From NCBI RefSeq assembly GCF_000143415.4, contig NW_003314280.1, positions 620,001-684,000 of the forward strand: a stretch of 64,000 nt of DNA. Reading direction: 5' to 3'. Position numbers and translations under genes: made by a program. The first letter of the stretch is position 1. Each line of letters begins with the position of its first letter. The notes beneath the pieces are model-generated. The model was given only the letters and a program-made list of their open reading frames with translations, was not told the DNA's origin and did not search any database. This document shows, piece after piece, positions 21,455 to 33,913 of this stretch. Source of the stretch: Selaginella moellendorffii. Its lineage: Eukaryota; Plantae; Lycopodiophyta.

Positions 21455-24400
21455 ATGGCGTCGCCCATGGCGCCACCGGGCTCTCCAGATTCGCAGCACA
21501 ATGTGGAGGAGGAGGAAGAGGAGGACGATCGCGACGATGCGGCAGCTGGAGGAGCTGGGGATCTCTATTCGACAGTGGTGTACAAGCCGGATCATCACTC
21601 CAGTGCCTACTCGGCCGCGCTCCACAAGAGTGCCAAGGATCTCTCGGCGCTACTCGACAAATCCGCGGCCGGGGGCGATCTCGATGGGGAAGATGATATT
21701 TACTCCACTGTGGTGTACAAGGGATCGGCCAGGGAAGACGAGGACGAGGAGAGCGCCGTGAAGAGGAGCGATCCTGTCTCTGGGGAATTCAAGGCTAGCA
21801 GGGAGGAATTCTCGACAGTGATCCTCAGGACTGGTGATTCGTTCGTCCGCAGGGCTCCGGAATCTAGCGCGTTTCTCCGGAAGAAACCGAGCCTTCCCAG
21901 GTCCAGGGACGAAGTTCTAGCTCCTCCCCAGGATGACGAGAGGTTTGCAAAGCGCAGAGGCAGCAGCAGTCCTGTGCATGAGAATGTGGCTCGTGAAGAT
22001 CCTTCTTTGAAGTACGATCTTCTCAACCAGCTTGGTAAGGATTTGTGTTCTTCTTTTTTTCTTTCCTTCTCTTGATGGAGAGTGGGATTTTCGCAGGAAA
22101 GGGATCATATGGAGCGGTGTATAAGGCTCGGGATCGTAGAACATCCGAGTTCGTCGCGATCAAAGTTATATCCTTGACGGAAGGGGTAAGAAAGTTTGTA
22201 GTACTCTTTCAAGTGGTTCTTATGTTATCTCCGTAAGCTAGGAAGAAGGCTATGACGAGATACGAGGAGAGATTGAGATGCTGCAGCAGTGCAATCACCC
22301 CAACGTTGTGCGCTATCTGGGAAGCTATCAAGGAGAAGAATACTTATGGGTAAGTTGTCGAGCAAGGAAAGAAACAGCAAGTGGTAATGGTTTTTTCCAG
22401 ATTGTTATGGAATACTGTGGAGGAGGCAGCGTTGGGGATCTCATGAGCATTACTGATGAACCTCTGGAAGAAGTTCAAATCGCCTATATATGCAGAGAGG
22501 CTTTGAAGGTGCGTAAAGAAAGAATTGTTTTTGCACAAGATGCTTAGTGTTTGCCTCTTAGGGACTTGCTTACCTTCATGCAATCTTTAAAGTCCACCGT
22601 GATATCAAGGGGGGAAATATCTTACTTACGGAACAAGGAGAGGTGAAGCTGGGTAAGGATCTAGTCTCTGGCGTACAAAAGAGATCAATCTTTTGCACTA
22701 CTCAACTCACGTCTGTGCAGGTGATTTCGGTGTTGCGGCGCAGCTTACAAGAACGATGTCTAAGCGTAACACTGTAAGTATGGAAATGTTTCTTTTGCAT
22801 TGCTATAAGCTATTGCTTTGCAGTTTATTGGTACTCCTCATTGGATGGCTCCCGAAGTTATACAAGAAAGTCGGTATGATGGCAAGGTAAGCGTGTCTTT
22901 GATATTTGTTTCCTGTGAGAACTAATCTCTCAGCTAGGTGGACGTATGGGCTTTAGGAGTTTCGGCAATTGAAATGGCAGAGGTAAGTAACTATAATAAC
23001 AAAGCATGCAAGGACTGAAACTTATTATTGATGCAGGGGCTTCCTCCAAGATCGAATGTTCACCCTATGCGTGTATGACGTTTGTTTAGTTTCGATGAAG
23101 CATAATTTGCTGCGTTTCGTTTCAGGTTTTGTTCATGATTTCCAGGGAGCCTGCGCCAATGCTGGAGGATAAAGAGAAATGGTACGTCAATCGTCTTGGT
23201 TTATGTGTGCTAAATCTCGAGCGTATTCAGGTCGTTGGTTTTTCACGATTTTGTAGCCAAATGTTTGACAAAGGAGCCACGTCTCAGACCGACAGCAACC
23301 GCATTACTTCAGGTGTGGTTCTTTTTGTAGAATCAGTTTAATCCATCACATTTCCGTGAATTTCCCTGTACAGCACAAGTTTATTGAGAAATGCAAAGGT
23401 AGCGCTACATCCATGCTTCCAAGGATCGAAAGAGCTCGAGCATTGAAGGAATTGTCTGCTCGAACGTTTGGTCCAGAACAAGCAACAGTTTCCTCGGGGA
23501 ATGGGGTGAGCTTTGATAATTTGTGCTTCGTTGATTTGAAAGTCATTTTGTGTGCTTCAGCAATGGTCATGGGAGAGGGGTCAAACCGTAAAAATGCATG
23601 AAAGCGTGGCTGCGACTGTATTAGTTAGACCAGACAAGGAAAAGGCGGACATTGACAACGAGGATACTGATGGTTGACTATTCTTGGATTACAAAAACTT
23701 TGCGTTCTGATGGTTTTTTTTTTGTGTGTGTGTGTGTGTGTTAGTTGGCGACTTTGGAACGATGGTCGTTCATAGAACTTCGTCGTTAACGGCACAATCT
23801 AGTGACTTGCTTCAGCTGAATCAATCAAGTACCGACCTGCAAGGGGATAATCCCACCGTTAAAAGCAATGCGAAGGTGGAAAGCGAAAAAGTAGTTGGCG
23901 AAGAAAGGTACGCGTTCGTCGTTCATTGACGGCTTTCTGGACGTTCTAATCCCGTTAATTCTTCAGACATGACGAGCCTGTGATTGCAGCGCCAATCGAT
24001 CTCCCTCCGTTCTCCCCGGCTACGCCACCTTCTTTATCACCAAATCAACAACTTTCTAACGAGAGCCAAACCCTGAGAAGAAGAAAAAGTCCTGGAGATG
24101 GAGCTAGTACTGTGGGTGGAACAACGCCCCGTAATCTAGGAGGGTTTGCTTTGCATGACAAGGTACACAATTCTCTTTCGTTTCCTGGAACTTTTGCTTG
24201 ATCCAAATTTCCGTGGCAGCTAGTGTCCATCTACGCGGCTGGAAACACTGTCCCAATACCGTTTCTACGAGCGACTGACATCTCTGCAATAGCCTTGCTA
24301 TCCGACGACGTCTTGGGGAACGGTTTTGCCGATCACAGCGGCGCTGTGGCGCTGCAAACCGTCGAAGAACTCTACAATGCGGCCGGGGTGGCGGATTCCA

Positions 24401-24750
24401 CATTCAAAAAGGGGAAGAAGCCAGGAACTAGTGAGGTATTTAACACACAAGCTGCTCTCTTGATTGAACCAGTGAGTGACGAGCTCCTTTGCACAGCAGA
24501 CGCCTCTGCCCGCAAGCGTCTATCAAAGCCTGGCGACAAGCAGCACGCTCCAAAATCTCGCGCGCGCTCTAGCTTATCACAAAAGGTACTACCACTATCC
24601 ATCTCGAGAGTGCTTCCAAGTTCTAAGCGTCTCTCTCGCTTCTCATACAGATGCTACGAAGAAATGCCGCTGCAAGGTTGGCAAGCTGCTCAAGAAGAGC
24701 GCGTCATTGGCAACTTATCTGACACCCTGCGAACAATCTTGCGCCTGTAG
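21455..24750 (+). CDS. SIK1: STE20/MAP4K Ser/Thr kinase, SIK1-like, multi-exon
   Basis: YSTVV repeats, [43 protein letters not shown]; C-terminus [22 protein letters not shown]. Confidence 0.9.
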
Positions 24751-24960
24751 AAGAAGAATGGCAGCTTTGTGCAAACATCCCAACTCCAGTGTAAGTAGCT
24801 AGTCAAATTAATCCAAGAGCTTTGTTATTCTCTTACCATCTAAACCAGGATCTAGAGCAGCCAGTGGGAGCCGGCCACCTGGGCATCATCTTAGCCACTT
24901 AAAGACTTGTGGTGCTAGCGGTAGAGTGTCCGAGAGGAGTTTTTTGGAGCGAGAGGAGCA

Positions 24961-25629
24961 ATGGCGGCAGTGTTGGAGCGCTCGGCCTTCTGCGGCTCGT
25001 CCCTCGCGAGAGCACCAGTGGCAGCACGGGGCCTCCCGGCGTTGAGCACCCGCCTCACCGTCACAGCCAGGGGAGGCAAGAAGATCTCGACCAAAGCACC
25101 TCTAGGTACGTGCAAACTTTAGCTCGTTTTTACATCCTCACTCTTCTTTCATTCCAATCTCACAATCTCGATCCAAACAGGCCCTTCTGGAGACCTCTCT
25201 TTCAAGTCGGGATTGGACGCATCTGGTCGCGGAACCAAGGTATTTGATAGTTTTTCTGCGGTGAGCTGAACCATCTCGGTTCTTGTTTATGAATCACACA
25301 GGGGAAGGGCGTGTACCAATTCACGAAGAAATACGGGGCCAATGTGGACGGATACAGGTGAGCAAGGAAACGAGGAAATAACGGAGAGAAGTCTAACCAA
25401 GCTGGAAATTCTCGCAGTCCCATCTACACTCCAGACGAATGGTCGCCTTCGGGAGACGTTTACACGGGTGGTAAGTGGAAGTTTTTGCTTCGTTTTTTCC
25501 TTCGAGTTGTAAGGTTTTCTTGTTGGATTTCCAGGCCAGACGGGGCTGCTGCTATGGGCAATAACGCTGGGAGGTGTGCTTCTGGCTGGAGTGTTCCTTG
25601 TCTACAGCACCAGCGCTCTCGCAAGCTAA
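24961..25629 (+). CDS. PSBR: Photosystem II 10 kDa polypeptide, 5 exons
   Basis: Transit peptide followed by [53 protein letters not shown]. Confidence 0.96.
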
Positions 25630-25813
25630 AGTCTTGTAAACATTATCCTGTGGATAAAAAGATTTTACGTATTCGACGACAAGCAAATATCCGTAGGTAG
25701 CTAATCTGATCGCAAAACAAACATGACTCGAAATATGAAAAGAACAACGTAAACATTTGTAAAGTCTGTTTTGTGTGTCAAAGTTTCATGCTCCAGAATC
25801 TCCAGAATTTGGT

Positions 25814-27025
25814 TTAATCACGCGATATACTTATAAGCCTCCAATTTTTCTCACCATCTTCGACACACGATTCGATTACGATCGTTTGAAGCTCGCAATT
25901 CTCAAGCCTGTAATGAAGGTTTTAATAGAAGAAGAGCAGAAAACTATAAAGCAGAGGAATTACCACCCAGGATCAGATGTAGAGCTTCCACTGATAGCTC
26001 TAAGAAACTCGTGCAAGAAGTAGGAATGAGAAACCACCGCCATCTCCTCCTCCTCTCGACTCATCAACCTGGCACGGACCAAGCTCCAAGGATTCAACTC
26101 CAAAAGATCGAGCGGGCGAATCATCTAGACAAGCTTGTTACCATTGGAAGAAAGCTTTGGCTCGCTCTTGCATTTCTTGGAGAGACTCCTCCACCCCGGG
26201 CCGCCACAGCACATCCTGATCGTGTTGGACGAGCGAGAAATCAATCCCTGGGAACTCCGCTCTGTAGGAGCTGATATCACGCCTGCGATGCGCTGCCGAA
26301 TGAGCCTGGCGCGCGCGAGAGGACATTAGTAAACTCTGGAACAAAAAGACGAGAGAGAGGCCCTCACAATGTGCTCACGACAAAGCTCTTGCGCTACAAA
26401 TGGTGGAGACTTTGTCGATGGCTTTGCTCTTGTGCAAGGATTCGTCTTCCCTTTCTTCATGAGGATCGGCTTTGCTTCACCATTGTCGTCGTAAATCTCT
26501 CGCTCGCCAAACACCCCAGCGGCTGTTTGCAGTGTCCTGTTTGTTTTGCAAGTAAAAAGAAGTAAGAAAAGTTAGATCGAAGCGAGCTTACCTTGTCATT
26601 GGAGAGACTACAACTAATCCGATTTTGCTATCCAGTCCGCTCGCTACAACCATTTGACGACACTTCTCGACCTGATTGATTTAGAACGATAGAAACTTAG
26701 AACGAAGGAAAAAGGACAGAGTTTTTCTTTTTTTCATTCATTCTATACCTGTAGCCAGCCAGTAGGAGTGAGACTGGCATCAAACCTGTAGGATGGAAAG
26801 ATGCGGGACAAGATGGATAGCCAAATGGAGCTCAAGAGTTGCAAGAGACGCCCAAGTTTGATAGTTCGCCATCCTCCAAAAAGAATCAAGCGCCGGAGCT
26901 CCGTGAGAGTTGTTCTCGCGAGGTTGTGGTAGCCTTGAGCGTGACGAATCTATAAACCAGGAATGGAAACACGCGCTAGCAAAGTTTTCACAAACCAGGT
27001 GTATCGTTTTGTACTGAGTCGCCAT
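25814..27025 (-). CDS. Phosphoglycerate mutase-like histidine phosphatase, multi-exon
   Basis: KTIHL|IRHAQGYHN, DASLTPTGWLQ, SPMTRTLQTA, ELCREH, FPGIDFS, AVVSHS, ENCEL. Confidence 0.85.
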
Positions 27026-27465
27026 CTCTGGAGCTATAGGGTTACCTCAGGGTTATTAAGTCCTTTTCAATATGATGTTATTTTACCAGCATTCGCATAG
27101 AATGGACAAAAACGATGGCGTTTCGGCAAGCTACAAAGGTATGGAGCGAACGTGATCATCAAAACAGCTGGAGAATCCTCGGGATTCAGTGGTCGCGCCG
27201 TCGCTCTCCAAGTCGAGCGGCATAATTTAATCCCTCGTTTCGTTCTTCAACAGAACGAGCTCGGCGATGTCTATCTTACGTGCTGTTCGAGCGGTGAGTT
27301 GTGTCAGGGACAAACATCCGATCGACGAAATCTCGAGGTAAGATATGAAATGGACTGATACGCTGTGGTCTTAACGATCTCGAGGTTGATGGTGGTTGCA
27401 CGAGCTACTTCTTGGCTGCTATATAAACTCGCCCCTTTGGAACACATCCGAAAAAGCATAGAAAA

Positions 27466-29294
27466 ATGGCTGCATTGAAGTTCTTCTTCGAGGCTCTCTT
27501 TCTGGCCGCGATTTTTATCCTCCAGGCTCTCTGCGAGCCTCAGGGTTCCAAGGGAGTCACCAGTCGATTCGTGAGAAAGCTCCAAGACTCTGGGGATTTG
27601 CCAGAGACGAGCGAATGGTTCATCACTTTCGACGCAACTTTGAACCTTCCCGAACAGGTAACTCCTCAAGCGAGCTTTTGTGTTAGTCTCGCGTTGATGA
27701 TCTGATCATCTCTTCTTGGAAAGGTTCACTTGACGCAAGGAGATTACATTGGCCAAACAACGACGGTCTCGTGGGTAACTTGGGCCAACTCCAGCGGCAA
27801 CATCGTCCAGTATGGAAAGAGCAAAGACAGCTATACAAGCAGCGTCCAAAGCGATGTCACAACGTACACATACGGCGACTACACATCTGGCTTTATCCAC
27901 CATGCCAAATTGGAGGGACTCGATGTAAGCCTCGCAAAACTCCATCTTTGTTTGGTTGAATCTTGGAACGAACCTAACCGTGACCGTCGTTTTGTCTATA
28001 GTATGGGACCACCTATTTCTACAAGGTTGGAGATGGAAGCTCTTCTCGGGAATTCTCATTCACAACTCCTCCAGAAGTTGGTCCGGATGCTGCTCACGTT
28101 TTTGGGATCACAGGTAGCTTTAGTCGATTTCTAGAGCTTTTAACCGAGATTTCTCCTCTTTTTCTTTCTTGAAGCTGATCTCGGACAGACTATAAACTCT
28201 GCTCAAACAGTTGCTCACTACACACGAAGTGGCGGCCAGACGATGCTCTTCGTAGGAGACATGTCTTACGCTGATAGATACAGGAGCAACAGCCAAGTGA
28301 GATGGGATATATGGCTTCGCCTCCTGGAGAACAGCACCGCGTTCCAGTCGTGGATGTGGGTGGCGGGCGATCATGAGATCGAGGCCAAAGGCAACAGCGT
28401 AAGAACTTACGAGGCCAAACAATTTCCTCCATTTTCCTCCCATCTGAAAGTTTCGATCTTGCCAGGGAGAGACCGAGAAGTTCAAAGCTTTCAACAAAAG
28501 ATTTCCAGTGCCTTACCAAGCATCCGGGAGCACGTCGAGCTTGTATTACGCGTTCAAGAGAGCCTCGGCTCACTTCATCGCAATCTCATACTACGATGAC
28601 TATTGTAAGCATGCAATTCCAATTCTTTTCCCAGCACTTGAAAACTCTAAACATGTTTGTTTTTCTCCTGGATAGCTCAAGGTAGCACTCAGTACCAATG
28701 GCTACAAACCGAGCTCTCAAAGGTGGATAGAAGCACGACGCCATGGCTGATTATCTTGGAGCACGTCCCATGGTACAATAGCAACACACACCACTACCAG
28801 CAGGGAGATGAAATGCGCTCTGTGCTCGAGCCTCTCATCGTTAATGCCAAGGCCGACATATTCTTTGCTGGTCACGTCCATGCCTACGAGCGCACGGTAG
28901 AAAAATGTGAACTATTTTCCCCTGAAGAAACTGTCGACATTCTTTCGCTTTTTCCAGTTTCGTGCTTCAGCGCTGAATTGCTCTGGCGGCTGTAGCGATG
29001 AAAACGCTCCCGTTTACATCAACATTGGAGATGGTGGAAACTCGGAAGGCCTGGTTGGAAGGTGAGTGATTGTTCTTTCGTTCTAAAGGTTTCTTTGTTT
29101 GCTCATCAAGATCGTATATATGTAGTTTTGTGAGCCCCCAGCCGAGCTATTCTGCATTTCGGGAAGCAAGCTATGGATTTGCGACGCTGGACATCAGGAA
29201 CAGGACTCATGCTTTGTACAATTGGCACCGAAACGACGATGGCGATGCCGTCGTAGCAGACTCTACATGGATTATCAATCGCGTCTCCTCGTAG
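27466..29294 (+). CDS. Purple acid phosphatase, secreted, multi-exon
   Basis: Signal peptide; PEQVHLTQGD; metal motifs DLG, GDMSY, GDHE, ILEH, GHVH; FREASYG; WHRNDDG. Confidence 0.94.
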
Positions 29295-29343
29295 TTTAAA
29301 AATTCAAGCTGCTCAACCAGCAGACTATCTTACAGAATGTAAA

Positions 29344-30062
29344 TCAGGCCCAAACCCTGTTTCGCTTTATCAAGTCGGAGGTTTTGAGTTTGTCTATCTT
29401 GGCTGCGAGGATGAAATCATTTTCTGTGAGGCCACCTGCGCAAAAATCACAGGTTTCTTAGCGATCGACAAAAAACAAGAAAAGAAATCCTGAGAAGGGA
29501 GACTACCAAGTGACTCCGTCCATATGTCGACTTTGGCCCTGTTTTTCCGATCGAGCGAGAGGCTGGGGAAGTAATTCTCGGCCTTGGCTACAGCGGCAAT
29601 CCTCTGGAAGAGCTCCACTCCAGCGCTAAAACTCGCCAAGTTCCATTCGCCCTGTAGCTTCAAGCAGCCATCCTCGTTTATGATCCTCCATCCCACCACC
29701 TATCCAATGGAAACGTTACAAAAGAGGAAAAAGAAAACAATTTGGCATGCCTTGCGAAGAAATTCCTTGGCCTCTTTCTCGGTCATGGCTGTTGCACCAC
29801 GGGGAAGCTCAGCGCAAGATTTCTGGGCAATCTCCACCGGGCGGGAGGGAACAAGGATGATGTGCTCGGTGCTAGCATTCCCAAGAACCTTGTCCCCAAA
29901 TTTGCTCTCCAGCTCCTCCGGGAATGGATCCCTGGCTCCAAGTTCGATGTCCTTCCCTGCTGCTGTGGCTCGGACGAGCATTACCTTGCGTGTACCACAG
30001 GCGGGAAGCTGGAATGAAGTCGAAGATGACGGCATTGCCACGCCAAGAAGAGCCATCGCCAT
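29344..30062 (-). CDS. RAF2: Plastid pterin-4a-carbinolamine dehydratase-like protein (RAF2/SDIRIP1 type)
   Basis: Transit peptide, LGARDPFPEELESKFGDKVLGNASTEHIIL, VVGWRI, GGLTENDFILAAKID, RVWA*. Confidence 0.85.
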
Positions 30063-30655
30063 GGCCTTCAATTTTCGACAAACACATTCTTAAATAAGAT
30101 TTCATAATTATTTATTATTTAGATATTTCTTGTTTATTCAGGCTTTTTGTTTATATCACTCAATTAGGGTTGAAATTTTTGAGCCATTCATTTCAAATCA
30201 TTTCATTTGCTTATTTAGTTTAGATAATAATCTTTCATATATATTCATAGACATTTATTTTATTGAAAAAATTAATATTATAGCTGTTTATAGTTTATAA
30301 TAACAAGATAACGGTCACTCAATGTGAAGAGAATTAAAATATATCAAAAGCTTCTCTTTTGATTATCAGGAAAACAATCTCTTCAGATCCAACCACTCAC
30401 TGTTACCATTTTATAAAGGGGGTGAACACTTTGGTGGTGCTTCTTCATCTTTTAGAAATCTAACTTAAGATATATGATCTCAAGTAGAAACTTCCAATTG
30501 ATACATAGAGCTCATAAAATCTACAATAACACTTCAATAACTTCAACACCTTCAAATCGGCATTGTACACGAACCAATTGAATTTACAGTGTAGTAAACC
30601 TCAAATTTAGAGTGGAAGTGATCATTTATATACCAAGAAACCAATTGCCAAAAGA

Positions 30656-30840
30656 TCGTCTACATCACTACCAGCAGCGTTTTCTCTGTCACTCCAGAAG
30701 TCCAGCAGTGCCAGGTAGCCACCGGGAGCTCGAGCAGCTGCATCGTGTCCAGCGTCTGCTACAACTCTGTTGACACGAGCGAGATCTGGCTTTCTCCAAA
30801 GTCTTTGGCCTTGCTTCGTCACGACTAAGAAACTCGAGAG
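30656..30840 (+). pseudogene. Deleted relic of the PQQ/PVA-dehydrogenase-like gene
   Basis: Aligns by eye with 35176-35538 (TCGTCTACATC..CTCGAGCAGCTGCATCGTG..AGCGTCTGCTACAACTC..TTGACACGAG..GAGCGAGATCTGG) with internal deletions. Confidence 0.9.
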
Positions 30841-31287
30841 CGCTTTTGGTGGACACTCTTCCCATCCTGGCGCATTCACGAAGCATCATAAAACATAGAG
30901 AACGGACCTATCACCAAGGTCTCATAGCTTGAGCAGTAGGAAACGTGATACTTGAGTAGAACAGGTGTGTGCTTAAGCCAGAAGGGCGATCAAAGCTTGA
31001 AACTATCACGGGAAAGTAGAGAGGAACATACATTTAGTCAGGGATCAAGTGTCTTGCGAGTAACATCATGGAGCAAAGTAGCAGGCACAGGCTCTGGAAA
31101 ACACGTAGGCTAGATAAGCACTTGTTCTTGTGCCATTTCTCTGAGACCTGGTTCCAGAGGTTTGGACTGTGGCTGCTTGACCTCAAGAGATCTCAATCAA
31201 ATGACCCTTTAGATCCCTTTCGTCTCCCTTTTCTCCCGCTCTGTATATAACTAGGACGAGAGAAACCCTTCCTAGAGTCGTGCAGCG

Positions 31288-32196
31288 ATGTTGAAAGCAG
31301 CAAAGCGCGAGAAGGTGTCACAGGACGTGGAAGGCCCCTACTGTAAGATCGGTGTGTCGTGTATGCAGGGATGGCGCTGGTTCATGGAGGACGCTCACGC
31401 CGTCGTTGCCGACCTTGACACTAAAGGTATGGCATATGTGGGAGTCTTCGATTCCCACATCTCTCCAAGAGCAGCCCAGTTCTGCGCCCAGAACATGCAC
31501 GCTCGCATCCTAGATCGCGCTCCTCTCGATGATCTCGGCCTCGTCCTCCACAAATCCTTCATGGACATGGATGGGGAGTTCCGGGGCACCATAAAGGACC
31601 CATCGGATCCAGACTCGGTGTTTCGTGCCGGGGGCTGCACGGCCACGGTGGTGCTGCTGAGCGACCGCGGCACAAAGGTGACGGTGGCGGGCGTGGGCGA
31701 TTGCCGGTGCGTGGCTTCCAGGGCCGGGGTGGCGGAAGAGCTGAGCCGGGATCACAAACCGGACCTCCCTGACGAGAGAGAGCGCATCGAGGCCGCGGGT
31801 GGCAGCGTTACTTTCGGGCGGCTCAAGGATCTCAACGTGAGCAGGGGCATCGGGGACTACCGCCTCAAGATCCCGGCCGACCTTCCGCCTGAGAAGCAGC
31901 AGCTGAGCGCAGCACCGGAGATCAGGGAGGCGACGGTGGTTGGTGATCCGGGGATTGAGTTTGTGGTGGTTGCGTCGGATGGTGTTTGGGAGTGCCGATC
32001 CAGCCAGGAGGTGGTGGACTTTGTGCGTGGCAAGCTGATGGAGAGTGAGAGCCAAGGAGGGCCATTGGTATCAAGGATTTGCGAGGAGCTTATGGATTCT
32101 TGTGTTAAGGCTAAGAATCCCAAGGATAAGGACGAGCCAGGGACAACGGACAATATAACTATGGCCATCCTCGTTCCAGTGCCAGCATGCGTTTGA
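31288..32196 (+). CDS. Protein phosphatase 2C, intronless, 302 aa
   Basis: SCMQGWRWFMEDAH, VFDSH, GCTA, GDCR, DHKP, NVSRGIGD, ASDGVW, DNIT. Confidence 0.93.
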   Translation: MLKAAKREKVSQDVEGPYCKIGVSCMQGWRWFMEDAHAVVADLDTKGMAYVGVFDSHISPRAAQFCAQNMHARILDRAPLDDLGLVLHKSFMDMDGEFRGTIKDPSDPDSVFRAGGCTATVVLLSDRGTKVTVAGVGDCRCVASRAGVAEELSRDHKPDLPDERERIEAAGGSVTFGRLKDLNVSRGIGDYRLKIPADLPPEKQQLSAAPEIREATVVGDPGIEFVVVASDGVWECRSSQEVVDFVRGKLMESESQGGPLVSRICEELMDSCVKAKNPKDKDEPGTTDNITMAILVPVPACV

Positions 32197-32581
32197 GCTT
32201 ATAAATCAAGGTGGGGAATGGGGAAATCGTGCTTTGTATCTCGCGCTCCAATACTATGTGTGCGAAAAATTTTAGGAAATTTTTTAGGAAACTGAAAACC
32301 TTGTAAGCAGCCTTTTTCAAATAGGAGTCGGATACGGAACTATACGAGAATACATATATTTATTATATCTCACATATTATAACAAACACTGTTGTGAAAA
32401 TATAATATAACTTTCAGAGAGGTATTAAATTAATAAGAATATACTTAAAATTATGGACAAATAAATTGTCAATACTAAAGGAATTTAAGAATTTTTTGAC
32501 AACATCAAAGAAAATAAAGTTTAAAATAGGCATAGTCACAAGTATTAAACTCTTTTAGTTTGGTTAGTCTTGAGAAAATAT

Positions 32582-33490
32582 ATGGCTTTAAGCATTTTGT
32601 TATTGATTTTATCCAGATTAGTTAATGCACCTGAAATCGGTTTTAGACCAGAGGATACAGATCTTATAAATTCAAATACTACAACTAGGATTATATCAAA
32701 TTTACTTTTAATAATAAATGTCAGAGTTCCTCGTCATGCAACACTGCCAGTAGGTCAAAATATAGTAGGTAGAATAGATTTGGATGATGAAATATATGGT
32801 AGAATAACTGTGTATGTACAAATATGGCTTTACAGCCGGGAGAGAGGGAAAAGCTATAGGTATTGTTCTGCTAATCCTACTGGAGAGCGTGTTAACACTG
32901 ATGAAATGTTACGAGACTTGGTTAACTTAATAATGTATTATCGCCCTGCTCTTATAAGTTTAGGTTCTAGATTGATTGCTATAACATCAGGGATTTATGG
33001 TATTTATTACTGGGTTAGAAATACAAATTTACCTCATTCTATAAAATCTAGCTTTAGACCATCAAATCAGCTTAACAATTTTAATGATTGTCATATTTCC
33101 TTGAGTACATTAATTAGCTTTACACTTTATAATACTTTATTAGAATTTCAATTTATAACATCTCCAAATAAAAAAGCACACCTTTATTTACATCCTAACT
33201 GCAAATTAGAATTATATATCGGACATGAATCAAAGTGGTTCATATCACGAAATGACATCAACTGTTATCTTATATTACAAGAGGATGGTAATCTCGTTTT
33301 ATATAATGTAAATAAGAAAGCTGTGTGGTCACCAAATAAGTATTGTAATATCCAGCCAAATTGTGTCATGAATACTTATCTTTCTTTACAAAATAATTGT
33401 AATCTAATTTTGTACCAAAATAACCAGGATATATTTTCTAAAGTACCAAGAGTTAAAACCCTTTGGTCAACTGATACATTTTGTAATTGA
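32582..33490 (+). CDS. Secreted protein: unknown N-terminal domain plus C-terminal bulb-type (GNA-related) lectin domain, 302 aa
   Basis: Signal peptide MALSILLLILSRLVNA; mannose motif QEDGNLVLY..AVWS, a second repeat QNNCNLILY..LWSTDT; uninterrupted ORF in AT-rich DNA. Confidence 0.75.
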   Translation: MALSILLLILSRLVNAPEIGFRPEDTDLINSNTTTRIISNLLLIINVRVPRHATLPVGQNIVGRIDLDDEIYGRITVYVQIWLYSRERGKSYRYCSANPTGERVNTDEMLRDLVNLIMYYRPALISLGSRLIAITSGIYGIYYWVRNTNLPHSIKSSFRPSNQLNNFNDCHISLSTLISFTLYNTLLEFQFITSPNKKAHLYLHPNCKLELYIGHESKWFISRNDINCYLILQEDGNLVLYNVNKKAVWSPNKYCNIQPNCVMNTYLSLQNNCNLILYQNNQDIFSKVPRVKTLWSTDTFCN

Positions 33491-33913
33491 AACAACAAGA
33501 GGAAGGGTTTGTATAAACTGTTTATTGAATATTATAGTGTTATTTTTATTTAATAATCCAATTGATCAAATGCAAATTTAAAATTATAGAGATTAACTTT
33601 ATTGCATAAGATGGTAGAATATACTAGGAAGTGTTTGAATAACAACCGTTAGATAGTAAAATATTCTAGAATTTCCAAGCATATTTTAGATATATTCACT
33701 AACAAATGAAAAATTTCAAAACTAAGTATTGTAATTTATTTTTATAAAAAAAATTAAGATACATTGAAGGTCATGGTGACTCAGGTTCAAATCTAATTTC
33801 AGGCTCTTGAGTTGGGATCACTTATTCTAAAGAATATTATTCATACTACTTTAGAAACAATTCACTTATGAAATCACTGTTCAAATGCAGAATAAACATG
33901 TTTGACACTGGCG

